From Bacteroidia bacterium (lineage in GTDB: Bacteria; Bacteroidota; Bacteroidia; AKYH767-A; OLB10): DNA of 35,028 bases. Below are positions 1 to 8,293 of this stretch, piece after piece. The notes under the pieces are model-generated. The model was not told the origin of the DNA. It did not search any database and saw nothing but the letters and a program-made list of their open reading frames with translations. The stretch covers positions 1-35,028 of the forward strand of contig JAULUX010000114.1 of assembly GCA_032111385.1 (NCBI GenBank), written 5' to 3'. How positions within the stretch are numbered: position 1 is the stretch's first letter; every line of letters starts with the position of its first letter. The translations under genes were made by a program, and so were the position numbers.

Positions 1-36
1 TTAGAGACAACCCCTTTTTTCAAATTGTAGATTCGA

Positions 37-2028
37 TTACTGAATGACCATCATGCGGGTGAGTTTCTCACCATCAACAGTCACTGCGTAAGTATAGACC
101 CCGGCAGAAAGTCCTGCAGCATCCAGGTTCATCGTGGTGACGCCTGCAGCTACATTCTTCGTACTGGTGGTTGATACCAACTGGCCCATTGGGTTGAATA
201 CCTCGACAAGCACATCAGCGTTTTTCTTCAGATTGATCTCGAAGCGGCTGTAAGTGCTGAAAGGGTTCGGGTAGTTTTGAGCAATGCTGAAGTTGGCGCT
301 GGGAGAAGTCACTTCGTTGATGCTCGTGACAAAGTCAGTGACATCGGCACTGGCGTAAACGATATCGTTACGGTTTACGTTGTTGGAAGCCTGGCATTGC
401 AGAGCTGGATCTGTAGATGTGCTCAACAGGGAGTAGCCCGGTGCATCATCACGCTCGTAAAGTACGTGGATCTTGGAATCGACAACTTTGGCGAGTGAGG
501 GGTAAACCGCCTCCTGGAATTCGCCATCGCCGCCCTGAGCCAGCAAGGGAACAAGTGCCAGAGGAGTAGACCAGGTGTTTCCGCCGTCTGTTGACTTTAC
601 TGCATACACGTGACGACGGGATTGCTGGAAGATGTTGGTGTCAGCAATTTCACAAACAGAAGAGTAGGCCATGTAAACATTGCCGCTTGCGTCGTAACCG
701 ATGCTGGGGTGCGCGCTCAAGCCGCTTCCACCGTAGTAACCCAGTGTACGGCAAGTGGTGTTTGAAGCTACGATGCTGATAACAGTATCACCTGTAAGTT
801 CAGGAGCAGTGGCAGCAAGCAAGGGGCTGGTCATTCCTTCGTTCCAGTATACGATGCCGTCAACGGTGGGGAAATAACTCCAACCCGCTCCGGCAGTCGT
901 ATCGTCATCCAGGTAAACCATCTGCACCCAGGCCAGGTGAGCTGTACCGGTGGGGTCGACAGTTACCGTCACATCACCTGTGCTTGACTCCACCTGATCG
1001 GCTACACCGTCGTTGTCCACGTCAGAGATAGAGCCGCTGGCAGTGGGATCATACATAGAACCCAGGGGACCTGGCTGAACGATGGTCTTGGTCCAGGTTG
1101 TTCCATTGTCGGTTGACTTCATCAGGATAACGTCGCCGAAGCTCTCAGCAAGTGCAATGGCAATATTGTCTCCGTTGGCGTCGATGTGGTACACATCCGC
1201 TCCCCAACCGAAATACATGCTGGAGTCAAGGCCTGGAAGAACGATGTGCTGGATATCCCAGGTAGCACCGCCATCTTGTGAACGGGAGTAGGTGACAGGA
1301 CCGTTTTGTCCGAGGATCGGAGCGGTACCGCTTCCTTGGGAGTTGACAACCACGTGAAGCGATTGACCGTTAGCACCACCCACTGCCATACGTGACCAGA
1401 TGTCGGAACCGCCTGCAGGCATAGGACCACCGGCATTGTTCGAGTTGGTCCATGTTCCGGTACCTTTGGTGCGCTTGGAAAGGATCAGGCCGTTTGCACC
1501 ACCGCTATGCGCAACGGAGTACTCCATACCGTTGGCAACGCACATGTTCGGCCAGCCGGAGCGGGCACCGTCGACGCGGGTGGTGGGAGGAGTTCCCCAG
1601 CTCGATCCGTCGAAATAGTTGTAGAAGGTTCCGCGGTCAGCCCATGTGGACCCCATACCGGCTTGTGACCCCGTATAAACAACTGAAATGGTTCCGTCTC
1701 CGTTGTTGGAGATACGTTTGCCCATGCTCACGTTGCTTTGCAGGTCGTAATCCGAAGTTCCGATGATGGCTTCAGATACAGCACTGAAAGTCTTGGGTTG
1801 AACTTTCTTCAGGGCAGCGGCGGCTTGAACAGTCGGACCAGCCTGCACACGGAGGAGGCTCTGGTCGTCGATGTTGATTTCGCCTTTGTTGATTTTTACC
1901 GGTGGGAGTTGGATGTTCGTCGGACGAACCACTACTCCTTTTGCTGGCTTCACAGTGCGCAAAGCCTGGGCATTTGCTCCGAAGGCTGTGCCTAACGCAA
2001 TGCCGCAGATGAGTAATCTTTTGATCAT
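37..2028 (-). CDS. T9SS type-A CTD secreted protein with Asp-box (BNR) repeats, probable beta-propeller, function unknown
   Basis: 663 aa. Signal peptide ends at ANA-Q. Asp-boxes SQDGGATW, STDNGTTW, STDGGNTW and a DVDNDG Ca-binding-like loop. C-terminal 'QNYPNPF...VFNPMGQLV...LSAGVYTY...TRMMVIQ' is typical of a type-A CTD. Confidence 0.85.
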   Translation of the reverse strand: MIKRLLICGIALGTAFGANAQALRTVKPAKGVVVRPTNIQLPPVKINKGEINIDDQSLLRVQAGPTVQAAAALKKVQPKTFSAVSEAIIGTSDYDLQSNVSMGKRISNNGDGTISVVYTGSQAGMGSTWADRGTFYNYFDGSSWGTPPTTRVDGARSGWPNMCVANGMEYSVAHSGGANGLILSKRTKGTGTWTNSNNAGGPMPAGGSDIWSRMAVGGANGQSLHVVVNSQGSGTAPILGQNGPVTYSRSQDGGATWDIQHIVLPGLDSSMYFGWGADVYHIDANGDNIAIALAESFGDVILMKSTDNGTTWTKTIVQPGPLGSMYDPTASGSISDVDNDGVADQVESSTGDVTVTVDPTGTAHLAWVQMVYLDDDTTAGAGWSYFPTVDGIVYWNEGMTSPLLAATAPELTGDTVISIVASNTTCRTLGYYGGSGLSAHPSIGYDASGNVYMAYSSVCEIADTNIFQQSRRHVYAVKSTDGGNTWSTPLALVPLLAQGGDGEFQEAVYPSLAKVVDSKIHVLYERDDAPGYSLLSTSTDPALQCQASNNVNRNDIVYASADVTDFVTSINEVTSPSANFSIAQNYPNPFSTYSRFEINLKKNADVLVEVFNPMGQLVSTTSTKNVAAGVTTMNLDAAGLSAGVYTYAVTVDGEKLTRMMVIQ

Positions 2029-2122
2029 TTTGCTTTGGGTTTTAGTAAGTGATTATGTGATTGAATCGATTGATCTCTGGTTGATTTCTGAATGGTGGGA
2101 TAGATCCAATTGATGTTACTGA

Positions 2123-2130
2123 CAAATCTA
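2123..2130 (-). promoter_or_regulatory. Bacteroidota -7 promoter element (TAGATTTG) for the 37..2028 gene
   Basis: Exact TAnnTTTG match about 95 nt upstream of the ATG, after the upstream gene's terminator. Confidence 0.55.
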
Positions 2131-2229
2131 AGCGAATTTCTGTAATCGGAACGATGGTTTCCTAAAGTAGCATTGTTGTCCCTGGTATGCAGCCAAAATA
2201 ATAAAAACATCTTTTTTGGCGTAGGGTAT

Positions 2230-2264
2230 AAAAACAAATGGGCTCCTTCGGGAGCCCATTTGTT
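2230..2264 (-). terminator. Intrinsic terminator after the second T9SS gene
   Basis: Minus strand AACAAATGGGCTCC-CGAA-GGAGCCCATTTGTT followed by T's, about 25 nt after the stop at 2288. Confidence 0.85.
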
Positions 2265-2287
2265 GGAAATAACTAATTTAATTTCAA

Positions 2288-4267
2288 TTACTTCTGAACA
2301 CTGAGGACTTTGCTGGTCCACTCGTTGCCGATCATCACCTGGATGATATAAAGTCCGCTGGAAACCTCGCTCAGATCAAGCTGGAGGTTGTTGCTTCCTG
2401 CAGCACGGAATCCGAAGTTCTGGCTGGAAATCGTCTGGCCGAGGCTGTTAACAACATTCACCATCACGTTGGAACCTGATTTCAAATCGAGCATCAGATT
2501 GGACAGTGAAGCGGTCGGGTTCGGGTAGAGGACAATGGTGTTCAGGTTGTTTGGCAATTCGTTCAAGCTGGTGATGAACGGATTGGTAAAGTCATTTGAA
2601 GTGAACTCCAGTCCGCCTACAAATTCATGCATCCAGGGTTCAGTATCAGTTCCTGTGGCACCAATGGATCTGCTAGTCATACCGGGTACGACGAAGTTAC
2701 CGTTGGCAGCCCAACTGTCTCCTGCAACATACAACCAGTAGTTACTTCCGTCGTAGTTGCCTCCTGCAGTGAAATTAATTTCGTTGGTGTAGGTCTGAGT
2801 AGTGAAGTCAGCAGCTACGCCAATGATATTTGGATAGGCATTGGTTGCAGCAATAAGCGTGTCGGTGTCCATCCAGAAATAACCCATCTTGGTAGCGTCA
2901 GCAGAGCGGGTGATTTGAAGGCGGGCATCAGTACCAACAGCCCAGTTGAGGTTGGTTCCGTCTTCCGGATCGGTAAGGACGGTTCCTACCCAAAGTGCAT
3001 TCCAGTTTCCACTGTTGTCTTCGTACACATCGAATACAGTTCCGTAGCTGTTCAAGAAGTTAAGGGAGTCGGCATCGTTACTGTATGCAGCAGAAACTTC
3101 GCACAGGATGTGGATTTTTCCGTTTGCATCAACTTGGGCATCGAGGCTGTTTTGCAAATTCCAAAAAGGACGGTCTACAGCTGGATTTGCAGCAGAAGAT
3201 GCAGGGAAGAATCCCTGAAACAGCGGGCTGAAATCTCCGGTGTAATACAATGACCATGTGGCACCGGCGTCAGTAGTGCGGTAAACAATCGGCATAGGAG
3301 CCTGGTGGTCGTTGATGGAGTCACGTCCAATCAGTACCAGGTAACCGGTAACACCGTCCTGTGAGAAGGCGATGGTTCCCAAAGAGGAGAAGTTCTGACT
3401 TCCGTCTGCTGGATCCTGGCTGAAAGCATGGTATATCAGCGTTTGCGTCCAGGTGTAGTTGTTGTTGGCGGCATCCCAAACGCCTTTGTTGATCACCGCT
3501 CCGTCAAAATAAGGGTTGGTGGTGTTGTTGAAGTCGTAATTAGAACCGAGAACGTAGACGTTTCCGTTGGTTCCGGTGCACATGCCCAAACGCGGCATGT
3601 ATTGAGGAGTTACGGGAGCAGAAGCGTTGTAGATGTTCAGCTGTGAGGCGTTCTGGTTGTCCAGACGAAGCGAGGCAAATGTTCCGCCGTCCCAGGTTGC
3701 TCCGCCAACAATGATCGGAGCAGAAGCCACTGCATATCCCTGATTGGGAGTGGTATTTCCCGGAGGATTAGCCACAACACCGTTCGGGTAACGGTTAGGG
3801 TCGGTAGCGTTCTGGGTGATGGCCAAGGTCGTATCCCAGGTAAGACCTTTGTCGTAACTGACATGGGTTTGAATCACACCACTGTTGTTGACAGGGAAGG
3901 TGTTTCCGATAGCTTTCCTGTTGGTGTAGGAAATCACATCGAGTGTCGGATTGTATGCACCAAGTGTACCCTCTGCTACCAGAGATCCGTAAATATTGGC
4001 AGACGTGGCAATATCCACTTTGGTTGCAGTGGCAATTTGGTTTCCGCTACCTGGAGTGGATTTACGGACAGGGGCAGGCTTTGCCGTCTTGTTGGTAAAA
4101 GTTTGGACTTTGGGTTCAGTCGGTGCAACGAATTTTTTCGCCTTCACCAGTTTCCCGGGAGCCATTACCCGGTTTTGAGCCGAGGCAGGAAGGATCGCCA
4201 GGCAGCAGGCAGCCAGCAGGATGCTTCCTGCACGTCCCAAATTGATCAGGGGTACGTTTTTTTTCAT
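2288..4267 (-). CDS. T9SS type-A CTD secreted protein with Asp-box repeats, function unknown
   Basis: Start moved to ATG 4267 (MKKNVP..., signal peptide ending ASA-Q), 659 aa. Asp-boxes SYDKGLTW and TTDAGATW. CTD 'LYPNPT...VVNSLGQ...SSGLYII...SKVLSVQK'. Confidence 0.85.
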   Translation of the reverse strand: MKKNVPLINLGRAGSILLAACCLAILPASAQNRVMAPGKLVKAKKFVAPTEPKVQTFTNKTAKPAPVRKSTPGSGNQIATATKVDIATSANIYGSLVAEGTLGAYNPTLDVISYTNRKAIGNTFPVNNSGVIQTHVSYDKGLTWDTTLAITQNATDPNRYPNGVVANPPGNTTPNQGYAVASAPIIVGGATWDGGTFASLRLDNQNASQLNIYNASAPVTPQYMPRLGMCTGTNGNVYVLGSNYDFNNTTNPYFDGAVINKGVWDAANNNYTWTQTLIYHAFSQDPADGSQNFSSLGTIAFSQDGVTGYLVLIGRDSINDHQAPMPIVYRTTDAGATWSLYYTGDFSPLFQGFFPASSAANPAVDRPFWNLQNSLDAQVDANGKIHILCEVSAAYSNDADSLNFLNSYGTVFDVYEDNSGNWNALWVGTVLTDPEDGTNLNWAVGTDARLQITRSADATKMGYFWMDTDTLIAATNAYPNIIGVAADFTTQTYTNEINFTAGGNYDGSNYWLYVAGDSWAANGNFVVPGMTSRSIGATGTDTEPWMHEFVGGLEFTSNDFTNPFITSLNELPNNLNTIVLYPNPTASLSNLMLDLKSGSNVMVNVVNSLGQTISSQNFGFRAAGSNNLQLDLSEVSSGLYIIQVMIGNEWTSKVLSVQK

Positions 4268-4338
4268 GCGTGTTTTTTGTTTTAGGTTAATTTTTATGAA
4301 TTTGATGGAATTGATTTCAGTTGTGAATCGAATAGCAA

Positions 4339-4346
4339 CAAACATA
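4339..4346 (-). promoter_or_regulatory. -7 promoter element (TATGTTTG)
   Basis: Exact TAnnTTTG match about 70 nt upstream of ATG 4267, which supports the shorter start. Confidence 0.55.
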
Positions 4347-4448
4347 CTGTTTTTACAGAAAAAAGTGATGCTCGATTGACTGGATCTTATGAACAATTCG
4401 ACGCTTTCGACTGCGTGGATTCTGAAGTTCTTTTGAGAAAGAAGCGTT

Positions 4449-5756
4449 CTATCGGATGATAGTGTAGGTAAAAGCCAAAAGGAGCAAAAGGGTGTACATC
4501 AACCAGGTTTTAATCGGTAAAAGGTCGGTGAGTCGGATGCCCGATTGCTTTTTGACATAAAAATAAAGAAGACATTTCTCTGCCATGAAGGCGATGACTG
4601 TTCCAAATGCAATTCCCTCCATTCCGAACCAGCGCATCAGTATAACACTTGAAACGATATTGATGGATAGTTCGATGATGGAGATTCGAAAAATGACATC
4701 GTGCCGTTGAAGGGCAAGAACGAGGGTCTGTGGAAAAACCATCCTGGAAATGACCAATAGGGCATAAATGTTGAAAACTGAAGCGCTTTCCAGAAATGCA
4801 GGACTAAAAACCAACGGGTATATCCACGAACTCAAAAGGATGAGCAGAATGGAGACCGGGAAGACAACGTGCATAAGTGCAGTGGATTCCTTCTTCAAAG
4901 TCATCAAGCCTTCCCGCGTGATCCCTTCCGCTGCAAATCGCGCGACCATGGCCTGCGACATGGCAGCAGCCAGAATTCCGGATAGGGGAAGTTCGCGGGC
5001 ACCGTACCGAAAAAGGGCGAAAGCCTCATTGCCCAGGAAATGACCAACGAGGAATCCATCGATCATCTCTGATGAGCCGGAAATCAGCATGCTGAGAATA
5101 AGCGGAAAGGCCAATTTTCCAAGATTGAAGGTGGTGCTCAACTTAGGAAGCACAGTATTCATTCGGTACAACTGGACGACCAACAAGATATTTTTAAGTA
5201 TAGCCAACGCCAGAAGCAATTGGATCAGGCTCTCGACCCCTTTTCCGCTAAGGATGATCCAAACTGCCCCGCCGATGTGTAAACAGAAATTGAGCAGGCC
5301 GTAGGCTATCAATGTGCTGCCGCGCCTGCGCAATAGGAGGAGGGTTTCGTTGAGGAAAGCGGTGTTGTTGAAGAAGGTGAAAAGGCAGAACCAACCGAAA
5401 ACCGATGCGGCTTCCGGTCCGGTGATCGAGTAAAGGGGGCTCCTGAAAATCCAAAGCAATGCCGAGATGAGGAAGGAGCCGGTTAAAACAAGACCGAAAG
5501 TTGCTGATACCGATTCTGCCGATTCTCGCTCATTCGAAGGGTTAAATCGGCTGGTGAGTGAATTGCCAAGACCGTTCACCCAGAAAAAACCGGTTGCAGT
5601 ACTCAGGAAAAGGAGGGATTCATAAAGTCCTATTTCATTCAAAGCCATTCCCGACCGGGCCAGGACAATGCCCGTCACGAATACCGTTCCGAAACGCATC
5701 AGCTGGAAAAACTGCAGAGCCCGGACCGGACTGGGTTTTGACTGGAGCGTACTCAC
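4449..5756 (-). CDS. Wzx/MOP-superfamily oligosaccharide/polysaccharide flippase
   Basis: About 435 aa with many hydrophobic helices and MOP-like segments ('IDGFLVGHFLGNEAFALFRYGARELP', 'FGMEGIAFGTVIA'). The likely start is GTG 5756, overlapping the ATPase TGA (GTGA). The ORF-track start at 5906 lies inside the ATPase. Confidence 0.7.
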   Translation of the reverse strand: MSTLQSKPSPVRALQFFQLMRFGTVFVTGIVLARSGMALNEIGLYESLLFLSTATGFFWVNGLGNSLTSRFNPSNERESAESVSATFGLVLTGSFLISALLWIFRSPLYSITGPEAASVFGWFCLFTFFNNTAFLNETLLLLRRRGSTLIAYGLLNFCLHIGGAVWIILSGKGVESLIQLLLALAILKNILLVVQLYRMNTVLPKLSTTFNLGKLAFPLILSMLISGSSEMIDGFLVGHFLGNEAFALFRYGARELPLSGILAAAMSQAMVARFAAEGITREGLMTLKKESTALMHVVFPVSILLILLSSWIYPLVFSPAFLESASVFNIYALLVISRMVFPQTLVLALQRHDVIFRISIIELSINIVSSVILMRWFGMEGIAFGTVIAFMAEKCLLYFYVKKQSGIRLTDLLPIKTWLMYTLLLLLAFTYTIIR

Positions 5757-7897
5757 GAATCTCCTTGGTTTTTTCTCAGGTGCAATCGAAGCGAATTGCC
5801 GATCACCACGACATCGGAAAAGGCCATGGAGAGGGATGCCAGCAAGGGCGAGAGCATCCCTGTGGCAGCCATGGGGATGGCCACCAGGTTGTAGGCAAGC
5901 GCCCACCCCAGGTTCTGGCGGATGGTTCGAAGGGTGTCGATTGATAAATGACGAAGCACGGTTAAGCTGTTCAAAGGTTGGCTATTCATCAACACCACTT
6001 CGGCTGTTTTGATAGCGATCGATGTCCCTTTTCCCATGGCGATTCCAACATCGGCTATGGCCATGGCAGCGGAGTCGTTGATTCCGTCGCCCACCATGGC
6101 CACCGGGCCCGCTTCTTGTAATTTTTTTATGATGGCCGCCTTTTCTTCAGGTAACTTCTCACCGTGCACTTCAGTGATGCCTGTTTTTTTGGCGATATCA
6201 AGGCAGTGCTCCAACCTGTCCCCGCTGAGCATCACCACATTCAACCCCAAGGCCTTGAGTTGCCCGATGCTGTGTGCGGCTTCTTCGCGTATCGTATCAC
6301 TGAAACGGATCGAGGCCAGCGTCGTACCATCGCACGATAAGAACACCTGATATGCCGGGTCCGCTTTCGATCCCCCGGCGAAAACCGCGGAGCCGATGCG
6401 ATAGCAGCGTTCATCGGTGGAATAAGCTTCGACTCCCTTGCCTTTCACCTCGCGGATGTCGCGGAATCGGATGTCTGCCGGTAAAGGTAGATTTCCGTAG
6501 GCGGTGGTCAAAGCTTGAGCATAGGGGTGTGTGGAGTACTGCTCGAGGGTGCCGATCAAACCCTGGATGGATTTTTCCTCACCCCAATAATGAACCTGGT
6601 CGATGCTCATCCTGCCCTCGGTGAGGGTGCCGGTTTTGTCAAAAACCACGGTGCGCACCTGACTCATCCTTTCAAGCGTATCTCCTCCTTTTACAAGAAT
6701 ACCCTGCCTTGCCGCTTTGCCGATTCCGACAGATACGGCTGTTGGGGTCGCAAGACCCATGGCGCAGGGGCAGGAGATGACTAAAACAGCTACCGAGCGC
6801 AGCAACGACTCGCCGGCATCGTAGTCGAGCAACCAGTAATTGAGGCAAAAAGTGATAAGTGACAGTCCGATGACAACAGGAACGAATACTGCACTGAGGC
6901 GGTCACCGCTTCTTTGGATGGCAGGCTTTCTCAATGCCGAGCTCCGCACGGTATCTATCATCCTGCTGAGGGCAGTCTCGCTACCGGCATGCTGTACGAT
7001 TATCTTCAGGTAACCGTCACTGACTACAGTGCCACTCAAAACGGTGTCGTTGACCACCACTGACCGAAGTACGCTCTCCCCGGTCATCAGTGAAGTGTCT
7101 ATGTCTGCACTCCCTTCATACACCAAACCGTCGGCAGGGATACGGGTGCCTGTTGGGATAAGAATCAAGTCGTTGCTTCGAAGCTGCGAGGAATCGACGG
7201 TCTCTGTCCTTTCGCGATCGGTCATAGGGTCGACAATGCGCTGGGCTTTGTCCGGTTGGATTCTCACCAGCGCCTCGAGACCGGCCTGTGTCGACTTCAG
7301 GCTTCTGCGTTCGATCAGATTGCCCAGCAACAGCAACGTGATGATGGTAGCTGCTGTCTCGAAGTAGAGGTGAGGGGCGGTTGCATCCTTGTGCATCATC
7401 GACCATTCGATGCAGGAGTAAATGAATGCCGAACCCGAACCGAGGCTGATGAGGACATCCATGTTGGAAGTTCCTGATCGGATGGCACCCAGGGCACTCC
7501 TTCCGAAATGCTGCCAGCCAATGAACATGACCGGAAGGCAAAGTATGAATTGGACCAGTGGGTCATGCAGAATTGTCCATGGAAAGACCATGTGCAAAAG
7601 CAATGGGATGCTGAAAACGGTACTGATTAAAAATCGGAATCCGAGCGAAGTCGTCAGCAATTCCCATTTGCCGGGATTCGAATCCTCCCCCTTCAGACTG
7701 CTGGTGTAACCCAACCTGTCGATCTCCTTGCATAACCGTTCTGCACTCCATCCCGTTGGCAAGGTTGCCTCCACTTCGCCCGAGTCGAAATGGACGTTCA
7801 CATCGTGCAGTCCCAATTTTTCAAGATGCCTGCTGATTCCGCTCGCGCAACTCGAACAGGTCATTCCCCGAACGTCCAACACCGTTTTCTCCGACAT
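5753..7897 (-). CDS. copA: Heavy-metal P1B-type ATPase, CopA-like (Cu+)
   Basis: N-terminal HMA GMTCSSC, YFE, TGES, CPC, DKTGT phosphorylation site, HP, GDGIND, and YN plus M in the last helices. Confidence 0.88.
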   Translation of the reverse strand: MSEKTVLDVRGMTCSSCASGISRHLEKLGLHDVNVHFDSGEVEATLPTGWSAERLCKEIDRLGYTSSLKGEDSNPGKWELLTTSLGFRFLISTVFSIPLLLHMVFPWTILHDPLVQFILCLPVMFIGWQHFGRSALGAIRSGTSNMDVLISLGSGSAFIYSCIEWSMMHKDATAPHLYFETAATIITLLLLGNLIERRSLKSTQAGLEALVRIQPDKAQRIVDPMTDRERTETVDSSQLRSNDLILIPTGTRIPADGLVYEGSADIDTSLMTGESVLRSVVVNDTVLSGTVVSDGYLKIIVQHAGSETALSRMIDTVRSSALRKPAIQRSGDRLSAVFVPVVIGLSLITFCLNYWLLDYDAGESLLRSVAVLVISCPCAMGLATPTAVSVGIGKAARQGILVKGGDTLERMSQVRTVVFDKTGTLTEGRMSIDQVHYWGEEKSIQGLIGTLEQYSTHPYAQALTTAYGNLPLPADIRFRDIREVKGKGVEAYSTDERCYRIGSAVFAGGSKADPAYQVFLSCDGTTLASIRFSDTIREEAAHSIGQLKALGLNVVMLSGDRLEHCLDIAKKTGITEVHGEKLPEEKAAIIKKLQEAGPVAMVGDGINDSAAMAIADVGIAMGKGTSIAIKTAEVVLMNSQPLNSLTVLRHLSIDTLRTIRQNLGWALAYNLVAIPMAATGMLSPLLASLSMAFSDVVVIGNSLRLHLRKNQGDS

Positions 7898-7901
7898 GCG
7901 A

Positions 7902-7909
7902 CAAAGGTA
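7902..7909 (-). promoter_or_regulatory. -7 element (TACCTTTG) 4 nt before the copA ATG
   Basis: Minus strand reads TACCTTTG-TCGC-ATG. Confidence 0.65.
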
Positions 7910-7970
7910 AGTCCACAGGGGTTGAATAGCGATTCATTTCTTTTCTGAACGGGATGAGATCAAAACTCAT

Positions 7971-7978
7971 TACTTTTG
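7971..7978 (+). promoter_or_regulatory. -7 element (TACTTTTG) of tRNA-His
   Basis: Exact TAnnTTTG match 10 nt upstream of the tRNA G-1. Confidence 0.7.
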
Positions 7979-7988
7979 CATGCGAAAC

Positions 7989-8063
7989 GGTGGATGTAGC
8001 TCAGTTGGTTAGAGCGCCAGTTTGTGGCACTGGAGGTCGGGGGTTCGACCCCCCTCATTCACC
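7989..8063 (+). tRNA. tRNA-His (GUG)
   Basis: Cloverleaf with G-1 at 7989, acceptor GTGGATG/CATTCAC, D-arm GCTC/GAGC, anticodon stem CCAGT/ACTGG with GTG at 8024-8026, T-loop TTCGACC and discriminator C. CCA is not encoded. Confidence 0.97.
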
Positions 8064-8067
8064 CGGT

Positions 8068-8101
8068 AAGAGGCCTTTCGGAAACGGAAGGCCTCTTTTT
8101 T
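8068..8101 (+). terminator. Intrinsic terminator of tRNA-His
   Basis: AAGAGGCCTTTC-GGAAAC-GGAAGGCCTCTT followed by a T-run. Confidence 0.85.
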
Positions 8102-8268
8102 ATAATCCATTGGTTATTAAGGCTTTGTTGGTATTTTTTTGGAGTGGCATTTAACTCTGACTTTCTGGCTATTGTCAAAGGTTAGTGTATTTAAAAGGCT
8201 GATAAACAAGGATTTGAGTATTCTCAGTTCAATGTTTACAGAACGGTGCATGGTTACGTCCTCAAACT

Positions 8269-8276
8269 TATCTTTG
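8269..8276 (+). promoter_or_regulatory. -7 element (TATCTTTG) of gap
   Basis: Exact TAnnTTTG match 17 nt upstream of ATG 8294. Confidence 0.65.
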
Positions 8277-8293
8277 CACCAACCTTTCCATCT

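Noticed and set aside
1-20. CCCCTTTTTT half-stem at the window edge, probably the terminator of the first gene
   Set aside because: The partner arm would lie outside the window, so it cannot be confirmed.
5757-5906. ORF-track N-terminal extensions of the flippase, and likewise those starting at 4396, 8246, 16984, 18937, 21907 and 34138
   Set aside because: They run into upstream genes or across promoter elements. Downstream starts fit signal peptides and family N-termini better.
7954-8154. 66-aa ORF
   Set aside because: It overlaps tRNA-His and its terminator.
8064-8293. Integrated element at tRNA-His
   Set aside because: No integrase and no duplicated tRNA 3' end was seen. A core gene follows within 230 bp.
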